Assembly (NCBI GenBank): GCA_937625935.1
Contig: OW569355.1
Coordinates: 310,001-374,000 of the forward strand
Length of the DNA: 64,000 bases
Origin: Tetramitus jugosus
Lineage: Eukaryota; Protista; Heterolobosea
Direction of reading: 5' to 3'
The notes below the pieces were generated by a model. That model was not told the origin of the DNA, made no database searches, and saw only the letters and a list, made by a program, of their open reading frames with translations. This document shows, piece by piece, positions 1 to 10,689 of the stretch; positions within the stretch are counted from its first letter, which is position 1; every line of letters begins with the position of its first letter. The translations under genes and the position numbers were made by a program.

Positions 1-879
1 TTGTTGTTGTTGTTGTTGTTGATTGGCTTCGGACAATTCAGGATTGGTCTCTGTTTCTTCAACGACAGTGACTGTAGTGACAGAGTGAGGTTGATGAGAG
101 CTACTGTTGTTACTGTTATTGGGTTCTACATTGGTTTTTTCGTCATCTGCTGCTGTTGTTGTTGATTGTTGAGGTGATGATGGTGATGGTTGTTGTGAAG
201 ATGATGATGACGACGATGGTGAGGATGAAGCTTGTTTGAGACTGTTGCGTCTCTTGTTGACTTTTTTGCCAATCGTGTCGCGAATCGTTCCAAGAACACT
301 AGACTCTGTTACAATGGTCTCTTGTCTCACTGTGATGACCTCTGAGAAACGAACGGAACGAGTGAGAACGTCTCTTGGAGTAGCATTACTACTGGAAGAG
401 GTGTTGGTATCTTGTTGTTGTTGTTGTTCAGCTTCAGCTTCTGTTTCTTCCTTATGAGCTACAACTTTTTCTTCTTCTTGTTCGTTGTTGTTGTTGGAAG
501 AAGTGGTAGCTTCAGCAACAGTAGTTGTAGCTTCAGTTGTTGTTGTTGTTGTAGCTATGGTTGACTCATTGTCATTTGTGTTGGTGGTGGTTGTTGGTTG
601 TTGTTGTTCGTCATTTTCGACTTTTTGTATGGATGGTTGTTCATTACCATTGTTGTTGCTGTTTGAATGTTGTTCCTCATCAGCTGATGGGAGTGGTGGG
701 TCAGTGCTCTGTGGAGCTCCAACATCAGCAGCAGTAGGTGATGATGGAGGAGAATTAGGGTTGAGCGGGCTTAATGGTGGTTCATTGTTGGGCTCAATGG
801 TGGTATGATCGTTGTCATCCAGAGTTGGCTTTTGGGTGGTGTTGTCTGGTGAGTGGTGGTTGGTGGCAGTGTCAGACAT
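1..879 (-). CDS. Low-complexity (Q/T/S/N-rich) N-terminal part of a protein that runs off the window start; function unknown
   Basis: ATG at 879 (minus) opens MSDTATNHHSPDNTTQKPTLDDND... with no stop down to position 1. Its composition matches the N-termini of other genes in the window. It is absent from the ORF track because it has no stop here. Confidence 0.7.
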   Translation of the reverse strand, partial: MSDTATNHHSPDNTTQKPTLDDNDHTTIEPNNEPPLSPLNPNSPPSSPTAADVGAPQSTDPPLPSADEEQHSNSNNNGNEQPSIQKVENDEQQQPTTTTNTNDNESTIATTTTTTEATTTVAEATTSSNNNNEQEEEKVVAHKEETEAEAEQQQQQDTNTSSSSNATPRDVLTRSVRFSEVITVRQETIVTESSVLGTIRDTIGKKVNKRRNSLKQASSSPSSSSSSSQQPSPSSPQQSTTTAADDEKTNVEPNNSNNSSSHQPHSVTTVTVVEETETNPELSEANQQQQQQQ

Positions 880-2324
880 GATGTTTTCTTTGTTTGTTGT
901 TGTTGGTGCTGACGGATCTGAATTGTGATGATTTGGTATGGATGTGTCGATGATGTTTTTTTCGAAGGGAATAAAAATCTGACAAACAAAAGGTACTCAA
1001 CACTCGAGTAAAGCAAGTTGGGGTTTTACAAGATTACAACCTTGATTGGATGATGTGTGAACACTACGAGTGAATTTTGCTTGACGGGTGTGGCGGGGCA
1101 CTCAGATATCAAGCTTGGAGAAAGGACGTTGGTAGTTTTCCGTTTGTTTCTACTCGCTCGTCGTTGAGGTTAACTGGATTCTGGGTATGGATTCGGTTCA
1201 ACAACTGTGAAATCCCGATGACAGGTGTCATTTGCGCAATGTCGGAATTTAATCGAGTTTTTCCTGTTCAGGCAATGAATGCTTGGAACACAAGAAAGTT
1301 GAGCGCCAAAACAAACAGTTGAACAACAATGGCGATGGAGAAAGAGCTCGCTGGTTTGAACGTTCCTCTTCTCACTTGTTTCGCTTGTTTTGTCATTGGG
1401 GTGAGGGGAGTGATAGTGCGCATAATTACTGTACAAACTAGAATGATGTTCCGGAGTCAGTTGACCAAAGGATGGTTGATTCGCTTGAGTGTTTTGTTGT
1501 TTTCTTTGATCATTGTTGGTGGCTGATCAAATTTTCTAGTTTCTTATAAATACGATGAGTATGTATGCCATTAATTAATACTGGAATATTAGAGGCGGTG
1601 GTAGAATAGCTGTCTAACTGCAGCCGTCTGCAGTCGGCCTCCGAACGCCAATGTCCCGAGTTGGCACAGCAAATAGCTTTGAGCCAACGAAAAAATCGTA
1701 AAATCAGAGCTAGCACCCCAAAAAAATGAACTGGTCAGGTCTCCAATGTTCCATGCACAGTGGCCAAGAAAAAAAGTCGCGAATGCTTGCTTTTAGCGCA
1801 GGAACATTTTTAACAGCCTAGTTTAAGGGCTTGGTTATCAGCGCGTGTGAATGAAGAAAAGCACTTAATTTGGACAATTCCGTCTTACCCGTCCACTTTT
1901 TTCGTAATTACTCATTGTCTAAGTTGCTCAAACTAGTTCTCTGGGTTGATCAGACTCGACTCCAATTTCCTTTTGTTTGCTTCGAAATAGACCTGAATAC
2001 TTAAGCCACAACACACATTGGTTCAAACAGCAATTTCTTCTTTCACAAAAAGAATAACACCAATCCATCATAGCAACACTTGTGGTCACACCAATCCTGA
2101 ATATTAAAGTGTTAACATACCATTGGCAGAATTCGACATTATCAGCAACGACATTTAAAATACTGATCGACGATAAAAAACCTGTTGTCAGCTTAGTACC
2201 CAATTTTTTGCCTAACTTATTAATAGTCACCCAAAGCAAAGGCCTTGACTTACACACCCAACAACAACTCCAAGTAACAAACAACAAAGGATAGGGTCTC
2301 AAGATCGTTTTCATCATAGGGAGT

Positions 2325-5300
2325 ATGTCCGACCCAGAAGAACAGCAACACCAAGAAGAAATGTTGCACCAACAACAACACCAACAACAATCGCAACAAC
2401 CAGAGTTGCCACAGCAAAGTCATCCATCAATGAATCAAATCGAACTTAGACCTCCTCTCCAAAACAGCGTTGTTCAGCAAACACAGGAAATACAGATCGA
2501 AACATTAACGATAACCGATGTGGTGACACCTCAACACGAAGAATATGGACAATATCAACACTCCCAGCAAGACTCGAAACACTTCCATGACATTAGCATA
2601 ACGCCCATATCACCAGACACTCTTCAAGCTGGAAACATGTTCGTTCTGAATCCAATGAGCAGCGACCACACGAGCGAGTTCTTGAAACGCAAGGAGAATC
2701 TGATACAGAATGCACTTCAGTCGATTGACAGTCGGCACTGGAGCTTTCAAAATCAAGTAGACAAGAAGGCCAGAAACCACTTGATGTCTCTCTTGTTGGA
2801 CCATTGGGAACTTCAAAAGAGTCATTCGATATTGTCCTTTGCTTGGTTCCAGAGAAGGGACAATAGCGGAGCGCCGTCATCTGATTCATCCAACATTGTA
2901 TCAGACGAGGAACTGCAAAAACAGTTTGAGTCGAGCGTAGAAAAGACATACAAGGAAATGATGCGAGAATACAAGAGATGGTGCATTGTTGCGAAGGTAC
3001 CACCTCAATCCACGCCCAATGATACCATTCAAGAGCGAATTGCAGCTCTATTGTTACTGTTAATGATATTCGGAGAAACAGATATTGTTCGAAGTCAAAA
3101 CCATGTGTGCTTCATGTTATTGCACATAGGTTTGCGCATGGCGTTTTCGGATGAACACAAGGCAAAGATGCTGCAAGGTATGCCTCCTGCGATGCCAGCA
3201 ATGGATTACAATCCATATCACAGTCCTATTCAGAGCATACTACCAGAGTTTGAGAGCAGTGATGATTCCATGTCGACAATGGATCAGAACCAGCATCCGA
3301 CAATTGGAGGATTAGTACGAAGAGAGGCTAGATTAGTTTATAATCTAATGTCTCTCATGTTCGATTCCAATAAGAGAAATGACCAATTTTTCGATTGGGA
3401 CGATTTGAATGACTTGTGCTGGACAGAACATTTCGTAAGAAAGTTCATTGTGCCCAGCAAGAAGAACAGAGAACCGATTGAAAGATATCACATTGATCCA
3501 TTAACAAAAATCAATCCATTCTTTATCGGTGGGTTTGAACGTGCTCTGGGCTTAAAAAGGTATCCATTGATGCAGAAGGTGATATCAATGCATCAGGAAG
3601 AGATGCCTCCCTTCATCAAATCAGAGGAAATTGAAAAGAATCTCGGCAAAGAAAAGTTCTGGTTCATGAACAGATGGAAGACCTACTTTGACAGGGCGGG
3701 AGGTATATTAGGATGGAAAGGATACATGACATACTTCTTAAATTGGAGTGCACCAGTGTACTATCAATTGTTCTGTCTAGCAATTGGTCTCGGATGGATG
3801 TTTAACTTCCAGTTCGGTGGAGGCATTGCCAATTATGTGTACGCGGGTATTTCTGCTTTTCCATTGGCACTCATGGTTGTATACTTTGTGTTGAAACATG
3901 TTGTGTTCCGGTGGTGGACATCACCACTTGTTCATCATCCTCATTATTGGAGTATTCCGAGAAGAGATACGATGAGCAGGGGCTATGAGATGGAGGGACT
4001 CGGTATCACAAGTTTCTTCATCGGTCATATTCGCAAGTATCTTCATTGGCGTCATTTAGTATCGATTCCACTCGTAGTGTTAGTAACTGCTTCCTATATT
4101 GCATTCATGAGATGGGTATTGTTTGAGACAGTGAGACAAATCACCTATGATACTATTGAGATAACTGTGAGGTTGGGTACAGGTGCAATAGCTGCTAGTG
4201 TCCTCACTGGTGCAGACTATGCAAACTTGATCCTCACTTACATGGTGTTTGCGCTACTCTGGACATCTATTTTGTTCATGTGCGTGATCATTGCTCCTAT
4301 TCTGCTCCAATGTTGGGTAGGTGTTTTTGGTTTCATCAGAGGTATCCAATTGCAAGTGAATAGAGTCAACTGCTGGGCTGATTTAAGAAGATGCTTCATG
4401 GACAAGAAATTGATTCTGAGCAACTTTAGAAGGAAGATGTTAGCTGGAGTGGATTACAATGACAATGACTTGATCGAATGTTCCTTTGCAACTGTTTGGA
4501 ATGCTATTCTTGACGACTTTTATGAGAACCACCAGCTATCAAAGTCTGAGAGGGATCGATTGTCATACACTTTCAGAACTGGAACCTCGGTACAAATTTC
4601 AAAGCGACCCGAACTTGATACGAGACCCGTCAACAGTCAAGTAAGGCACCACTTGATCAAGTTTGTAAATAATCTATACATGAGAAGTATGCCATCGGAG
4701 AACATCCGAATTATTGATATGAAGAGATTGTGTGTCTTCACGCCAGTTTTCAAGGAGAAGATTTACTATAGCTGGGAGGAGTTAGTCAGACCAGGTAACA
4801 CCAATTCAAGTTTCCTCAAGGCACTTATTCTCAAGTATCCAGAGGATTGGAAGAATTTTAAGGAGAAGGAGTTCCCTAGTGGAAATCGTCTTCGAATCAC
4901 AGTTGATTACATTGAAGCCAAGGTGTTGGCAGGTATTGACATTACAGCTCACAAAGTACATGCATCCACAACTACTCACTTTATGAAGGCCATGATTCGT
5001 TCTTGGGCCTCACAACGTTTCCAACCTGTCAGTAGAACTGTTAAGGGATTCATGAAGGTTCCAAAAGCAATGGCTATTCTATTGAGATTGCAAAATCCAG
5101 AGTTAAGTGATGAACAAGTGAGGTCAATTGTGAGACAAAAGTTCTCCTATGTTGTTGGTGCCCAGTTGTATGATAAGAAGGTTTGGAATCAAACAACGAG
5201 ACACGACACCCTCTCGACCAGTGATCAGAAGAAGAACATTCAAGAGCATAGAGAATACGTTGAAGGTCTGGATGAGTTATGCAAATCAATCGGGGATTGT

Positions 5301-8300
5301 ATGTTAAAGATTGCGTTTGTGAAACAGACGAAAACACCCAGCAAAGTTGACCCAAATGTTGCCCCGAAATACACCTCCGTTCTAAGAACCTTCAATGGTG
5401 ATAGATCTGAAGATGTTTATCAGATTGAATCCTTTGGTAACTTTAGTAGAACCGGTCAAGGAAAGCCAACAAATCAAGCTTTCATGATGCAATTCTTCGA
5501 TGGTAGTTACTGTCAAACTATTGATTGTAATATGGATTCTACATTGAGTCAGTCCTTGTTCGTACCTAACGTTCTCAAGGAGTTTGACAGGGACAGCAGA
5601 GTTAAGATTGTCGGTTGCAGTGAATACATTACAACGAAAGCTTGGTCAAAGGCCGGTTATGCTGCAGCATTTACTGAGAGAGTATTCGGCAGCATGGTTC
5701 AAAGAGTCTGGTACATGATTGGCTTAAGATTCCATTATGGTCATCCTGATTTCATGAGAGGCTTGCACATCATGTTTACGAGTGGTCTATCAAAGTTGAG
5801 TTACATTTCAGAAGATATCTTTAACGGATTCGATTGCTTGTTGAACAATGGCATTTCCAAGCATATTGACTACTTTGAAGTCGGAAAGGCCAGAGATGTG
5901 TGTATGATTTCTACCACAAAGTTTAACAGAAAGATTGCTGGAGGTGGTGCTCAGATTGCATGTAGTAGATATGCCAAGCTCATTCTGACTTCAAGACACT
6001 TGACCTACATTGACAAGCTTCTTTTCTGCTACTCTGTGATTGCTCATTATGCCAATACGACACTGACTATAGCATCTGCTTTTGTCTTGTACTTCTCGAG
6101 ACAAATTATTCTCTTGGCCATCTATATTTATATTAGAGCTACACCATTTGACAGAACAACCATTACAGGATCCGCTATTGGATTAGTCACTCAATCTCTG
6201 AGACTTGTTTCTGATTCAATGTTCTTGTTCCAGGTTGGTATGGCTCTATCATTCCCAGGAATTCTACAAAACGTGTTAGATAGGGGTATCTTGAGAGGTC
6301 TCTATGAGTATATCACTAACTTTGTTTGGTTACTCATCTATTCCATGTTCCAACTGTTGAACACTGCCTTCTATTTCCATAATGGTTTCAATCAATCGGC
6401 CAAGTACATTGCTTCTGGTAGAGTGACAGGTCTAGAACACACTACTATCATTGACACATGGAGAACATTCAAGTCTACTCACTTCATCCCTGCCATTATC
6501 ATGATGTTGTTGTTGATTATTGGATTAATTACAACAACCAATTGGGGATTCGTTGTGTACCATTGTCTCATGATTTTCATCTGGTTCTTTAGTCCTTTCC
6601 TGTTTAACACAGGTGCATTGCCTTATGACGTCAGTGTTTCAGTGTGGAAGCAGTTGTATGCCGAAGATTTGTTCAGAATTAAGACTTGGATCAGAAATAA
6701 TTGCAAGGCACAAGACGTCGAGAAAATCATGTTGAAGAATAGAACTGAGAGACATTTGGGTCTAGAATATGAATTCTATGCTGAGAAGACGCAGGTAGAT
6801 CACTTGGAACTTGATTTAGAGATGGGATACGATAAGAAAGATCAGTTGAAGAACAATCGAACAGAACAACCTCAACTACCGATGATTCAACTCCAATCCA
6901 ACATGCAACATAGAAAGATAAATTGGAAGGGCTCAAGAAAGAACTTTGAAGACAGAGAAGCCCCGACAGCCAACGAAACTCTGGTTAGGTATGGAAAGCG
7001 CAGAAGAGGATTCCACTTCATATTTGTCCAGCCATTCATCTTGATCAAGTTCTGTGTCTTCCTTATACCCAAGCTGTTCTTGTTGTTGATTCTGTATGTC
7101 ACAAAGCTCCTTTCCTACTTGATTTTGCTGTACAAGATTCTCGCTCCATGGACAAGTCCTCCAGACTACCTATCAGCCTATCAAGAACAATATCATGTCA
7201 AGATTACTGAGAGCAGATTGCTCAATATTCAAAGATTGTTCGGCAAGTTCAAGGAAGAGATGACTAGTGGATTGCCTCAGAATGAGTCAAAGATGGGAGT
7301 TGGTTTCTTGGAAGCAAAGAGAAGAAGAGATACAAATTCGAGTGCAACTAACTTGCTGAAACACTCGTCTATATCCTCGGTGAACAGATTTGATAATGCA
7401 ATTCCATCAGCACCGATACTTCCAATTACATCCAAGGACCTTATTACAAGGTTAGAACAGATTAGAGGCCATGACACTATTATCTACCAGGAGCTCTGTA
7501 TCCTGTCCAAGGAAGTTTCCGTTGAGCAAAGCAAGTCAGCTCAAACCACAATCTATCTAACTGCAGTGAAGACAATGAATATGAGAAAGAATGGTCTCTA
7601 TTCTAACAGAGACTTGTTACTCCTATGCGAGCGATGTAGTGATTACACATTCAATCCGAATCACAATGTGAGAGGCTCCATGTCAGTCAAAGAGATCGAA
7701 AGACTACAGCTCATCCATAGTATGGCTATGCTCTATCTCTTCTACCAGTTAGAACAGTTCAAGGTTGAAGTGAAGAGAGTTATTCAGACTGTTGACATAC
7801 TATTGAAGAACAAGGACTCGAGAAAGTTCGAGAAGGCAGCTCAAATTGTTGTCCAAGCTGGAACCAATTTCTTCACGAGAAATCGCACTGCTTATTACAA
7901 TATTCTGATATCTGACAATCCTCAGAGAAAGAAGGTGAATAACATGATGAGAGATCAATTGAATTTATTGCTTGGACAGTTGTGCAAGATTTCACAGACT
8001 CAAATGAAGGAAGCAAAGTCATACTTTAGAGCTTTCAGTATCAAGGAGAATCAGTTGGACCTATTCCAAGTGAAAACTCCAACTATTGGAGCCCCAAGAC
8101 AGCAGTGCTCCACTTGTCAACAAGGTAAGAGATTGATGAAGGTGAAGAATCTCATGGAAAGAACGTTGAACTTCGTCACAAGAATCACTGAGAACAGACC
8201 TTCTTACTCTCATAGAAAGCAATACCAATCCGCCAATGTGACCAGTATTGCTGAATCAAGTGTCTTTGAGAGTGACAATGGCTTCTCCTTGTTCGATCAA

Positions 8301-8669
8301 ATTTTCCCAATTTATGCAGATGAGACACTAGATGTCAAGTACACCGATAGAATTGTGGAAGTGAACAAGGGTTTGTTGTTCGACGATCTTTACCGTCGAA
8401 TGCTCGAACACTTCAATGCCAAGATCTTCTCCATGCTTGAGAATGATTGCTATGACATGCTGGCCTACTTACAAAAGAGAAAGAACGAGCTCGTGTGCAC
8501 TACATGTCAAAGACCTTATGTGAGTAAGGCATTCAACAAGACACCTGTCATTGGTAACGACAAGAATGGATCGGACACTGACAACTCGGATGACGACTCC
8601 TCACCAAGTAATTCAAACGTACATCCGAGAGCTTTTGGTTCAGTTGTCTCTCTATCCTCCAATTCATGA
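2325..8669 (+). CDS. 1,3-beta-glucan synthase (GT48, FKS/callose synthase family), divergent, with a long C-terminal extension
   Basis: 2114-aa intronless ORF with GT48 motifs in the correct order (WASQRFQPVSRTVKG, GQGKPTNQ, QTIDCNMD, RFHYGHPDF, SEDIFNG, EVGKARDV), flanked by hydrophobic TM clusters. Confidence 0.9.
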   Translation: MSDPEEQQHQEEMLHQQQHQQQSQQPELPQQSHPSMNQIELRPPLQNSVVQQTQEIQIETLTITDVVTPQHEEYGQYQHSQQDSKHFHDISITPISPDTLQAGNMFVLNPMSSDHTSEFLKRKENLIQNALQSIDSRHWSFQNQVDKKARNHLMSLLLDHWELQKSHSILSFAWFQRRDNSGAPSSDSSNIVSDEELQKQFESSVEKTYKEMMREYKRWCIVAKVPPQSTPNDTIQERIAALLLLLMIFGETDIVRSQNHVCFMLLHIGLRMAFSDEHKAKMLQGMPPAMPAMDYNPYHSPIQSILPEFESSDDSMSTMDQNQHPTIGGLVRREARLVYNLMSLMFDSNKRNDQFFDWDDLNDLCWTEHFVRKFIVPSKKNREPIERYHIDPLTKINPFFIGGFERALGLKRYPLMQKVISMHQEEMPPFIKSEEIEKNLGKEKFWFMNRWKTYFDRAGGILGWKGYMTYFLNWSAPVYYQLFCLAIGLGWMFNFQFGGGIANYVYAGISAFPLALMVVYFVLKHVVFRWWTSPLVHHPHYWSIPRRDTMSRGYEMEGLGITSFFIGHIRKYLHWRHLVSIPLVVLVTASYIAFMRWVLFETVRQITYDTIEITVRLGTGAIAASVLTGADYANLILTYMVFALLWTSILFMCVIIAPILLQCWVGVFGFIRGIQLQVNRVNCWADLRRCFMDKKLILSNFRRKMLAGVDYNDNDLIECSFATVWNAILDDFYENHQLSKSERDRLSYTFRTGTSVQISKRPELDTRPVNSQVRHHLIKFVNNLYMRSMPSENIRIIDMKRLCVFTPVFKEKIYYSWEELVRPGNTNSSFLKALILKYPEDWKNFKEKEFPSGNRLRITVDYIEAKVLAGIDITAHKVHASTTTHFMKAMIRSWASQRFQPVSRTVKGFMKVPKAMAILLRLQNPELSDEQVRSIVRQKFSYVVGAQLYDKKVWNQTTRHDTLSTSDQKKNIQEHREYVEGLDELCKSIGDCMLKIAFVKQTKTPSKVDPNVAPKYTSVLRTFNGDRSEDVYQIESFGNFSRTGQGKPTNQAFMMQFFDGSYCQTIDCNMDSTLSQSLFVPNVLKEFDRDSRVKIVGCSEYITTKAWSKAGYAAAFTERVFGSMVQRVWYMIGLRFHYGHPDFMRGLHIMFTSGLSKLSYISEDIFNGFDCLLNNGISKHIDYFEVGKARDVCMISTTKFNRKIAGGGAQIACSRYAKLILTSRHLTYIDKLLFCYSVIAHYANTTLTIASAFVLYFSRQIILLAIYIYIRATPFDRTTITGSAIGLVTQSLRLVSDSMFLFQVGMALSFPGILQNVLDRGILRGLYEYITNFVWLLIYSMFQLLNTAFYFHNGFNQSAKYIASGRVTGLEHTTIIDTWRTFKSTHFIPAIIMMLLLIIGLITTTNWGFVVYHCLMIFIWFFSPFLFNTGALPYDVSVSVWKQLYAEDLFRIKTWIRNNCKAQDVEKIMLKNRTERHLGLEYEFYAEKTQVDHLELDLEMGYDKKDQLKNNRTEQPQLPMIQLQSNMQHRKINWKGSRKNFEDREAPTANETLVRYGKRRRGFHFIFVQPFILIKFCVFLIPKLFLLLILYVTKLLSYLILLYKILAPWTSPPDYLSAYQEQYHVKITESRLLNIQRLFGKFKEEMTSGLPQNESKMGVGFLEAKRRRDTNSSATNLLKHSSISSVNRFDNAIPSAPILPITSKDLITRLEQIRGHDTIIYQELCILSKEVSVEQSKSAQTTIYLTAVKTMNMRKNGLYSNRDLLLLCERCSDYTFNPNHNVRGSMSVKEIERLQLIHSMAMLYLFYQLEQFKVEVKRVIQTVDILLKNKDSRKFEKAAQIVVQAGTNFFTRNRTAYYNILISDNPQRKKVNNMMRDQLNLLLGQLCKISQTQMKEAKSYFRAFSIKENQLDLFQVKTPTIGAPRQQCSTCQQGKRLMKVKNLMERTLNFVTRITENRPSYSHRKQYQSANVTSIAESSVFESDNGFSLFDQIFPIYADETLDVKYTDRIVEVNKGLLFDDLYRRMLEHFNAKIFSMLENDCYDMLAYLQKRKNELVCTTCQRPYVSKAFNKTPVIGNDKNGSDTDNSDDDSSPSNSNVHPRAFGSVVSLSSNS

Positions 8670-8809
8670 ATTGTGCAATAAATTGAGCCAATTAGTGACA
8701 TCAGCTGTTTATTTGTAAATAAATTATCTGGCATGTCGGAAGCTTACAAAAAAATGAACTTGTATTTCTCTTCTTCCATTTGCTCAACAACAGCACACTG
8801 TGCATGTGT

Positions 8810-9145
8810 TTAGGCTGTGTTCTTCTTGACAAAAAACTTGACATAGCTCAAGTAACCAACAACAACCAACAATGGGGCAGCAAAATAAAAACTGGCCTTC
8901 ATTCCGATCAAGTACAAAAATCCAAGAGAGAACGCAGCATTGCTACCAATAGAGACACAACTTGTCAACAACTGCATCTTTTGTTGATCAGCTGAAGCAG
9001 CAGGAGTCTTCTTCTTTTGATCAGCAGTTGTTTTTGCAGCAGCAGGAGGGTTCAAATGGTTGATCAATAGACCAACGATCAATCCAATAAAACCACCCAC
9101 GATACCAAAGCCAAAAAGTCGCACGAGAAAGTCAAAGACGGCCAT
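8810..9145 (-). CDS. Small membrane protein (about 3 TM segments), unknown function
   Basis: 111-aa ATG-initiated ORF with three hydrophobic stretches, lying between AT-rich intergenic regions. Confidence 0.6.
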   Translation of the reverse strand: MAVFDFLVRLFGFGIVGGFIGLIVGLLINHLNPPAAAKTTADQKKKTPAASADQQKMQLLTSCVSIGSNAAFSLGFLYLIGMKASFYFAAPLLVVVGYLSYVKFFVKKNTA

Positions 9146-9486
9146 CGTTATTATTCTTATTATATTTTTTTGATTGTTTCACGTGTGATCAAGTTCTTGT
9201 TTTTTAATGAGAGCTTTTCGTTGCGTGAAGCCAAAAAAGGGAGACATTTGACAACTAAACGAGAAGAAGACTACAGTTTATGACTGGTGTTAAACTCGAG
9301 GTAGCTATTCACCTGCTCTGACAGACTCAAGAGTCTGCTTCTTGTGCTTCAACATACGACGTGTGATTGCGGCCAAGCGAAAGTACCTTCTAATTATAAC
9401 TCATCAATCTGCCATCCAATACCCAAATAAAAAACAAAAACACAAAGATCCTTCTTTCAAGAACACACAGTTTACTAAGATCCATC

Positions 9487-10362
9487 ATGTCTGCTGTTGC
9501 CAACAAACTTTCCATCAAGACCGTTGTTCAACTCCACAATGGGATCTCAATGCCACTCTATGGCCTGGGAACATACAAGTCCATCAACACTATTGAACAA
9601 GCCATTCAGACTGCTTATTTCACATGTCAGATGACTCATTTGGACACTGCTGCCTTTTATCAGAATGAAGCTGAGATTGGTTCTGCGATCAAAAATCTAC
9701 AAATTCCACGCCAAAATCTCTTCATTACAAGCAAGTTGTGGTACACGGAGCACGGGTATGAGAAGACGTTGGCTGCGTTCAAGCAAACGATTGAAAAGTT
9801 GGATACGAACTACTTGGATCTCTATTTGGTTCATTGGCCAGGTACAACGGACGAGTCAAACAATGCACAGCTCAGAAGAGAGACCTGGAGAGCCATGGAA
9901 GAGCTGTATCAACAGGGAAAGTGTAAAGCTATTGGTGTGAGCAATTACACGGAGAAGCACTTGAGGGAAATGTTGGACAATGATAGTCCTTCCAAGGTCA
10001 ATGTCGTACCCATGGTCAACCAATTCGAGCTCCATCCCAAGCTCACTCAGAAACCTCTGATCCAGTACTGTAGGGATCACGGTATTGTTGTGGAGTCGTA
10101 TTCACCATTTGCCAAGGGCAAGTTGTTGTCCGATACCAAGTTACAAGAGATTGCCAACAAGTATCAAGTGAACATTCCACAGCTCATTATTCGATGGTTG
10201 TTGCAACAAGAGATTGTCTGTATTCCAAAGAGTGAAAAACCAGAGCGTATCATCGAGAATGCCAATGTTTTCCACTTTGAGATCTCAGAGGAGGACATGA
10301 AGAGAATTGATAACATGAATGAAGATTTCCACTGCACATGGAATCCATATGAAATCGAATAA
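9487..10362 (+). CDS. Aldo-keto reductase (AKR5 / 2,5-DKG reductase-like)
   Basis: Motifs GLGT, LDTAAFYQNE, FITSKLW, YLDLYLVHWP, AIGVSNY, NQFELHP, IPKS. Confidence 0.95.
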   Translation: MSAVANKLSIKTVVQLHNGISMPLYGLGTYKSINTIEQAIQTAYFTCQMTHLDTAAFYQNEAEIGSAIKNLQIPRQNLFITSKLWYTEHGYEKTLAAFKQTIEKLDTNYLDLYLVHWPGTTDESNNAQLRRETWRAMEELYQQGKCKAIGVSNYTEKHLREMLDNDSPSKVNVVPMVNQFELHPKLTQKPLIQYCRDHGIVVESYSPFAKGKLLSDTKLQEIANKYQVNIPQLIIRWLLQQEIVCIPKSEKPERIIENANVFHFEISEEDMKRIDNMNEDFHCTWNPYEIE

Positions 10363-10689
10363 ACTAGTTCTGATCAGAACGTAACTCTTCACACAAAAAC
10401 ATGGGTTGACTCTAGGATTCGTAGCATGTCTATGTGCGACTATTCTCCAGCCACAACTCAGGTTTGGACAACGAATCACAGTGTATGTTCACGGTTTGGA
10501 CTCTCCTGGGGTGGTATTCACTAAGCCGTGAGGCAAAGTGTCATTCCAAGTGAAACGCGAGTGAAGTTTAATAGCTTGTGTGGAACATGTGTATTTTTCG
10601 TTCAAATCGATTTCGAGCGCAAAAGTCAAGAAAGAATATGGGTAATGATTCTGCATGAAAAAAATTTAATGCAAAGGTGTCGTTAAAGG

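Noticed and set aside
236-808. Plus-strand V/C/L-rich ORFs as membrane proteins
   Set aside because: They are the antisense reading of the CAA/ACA-rich minus-strand gene.
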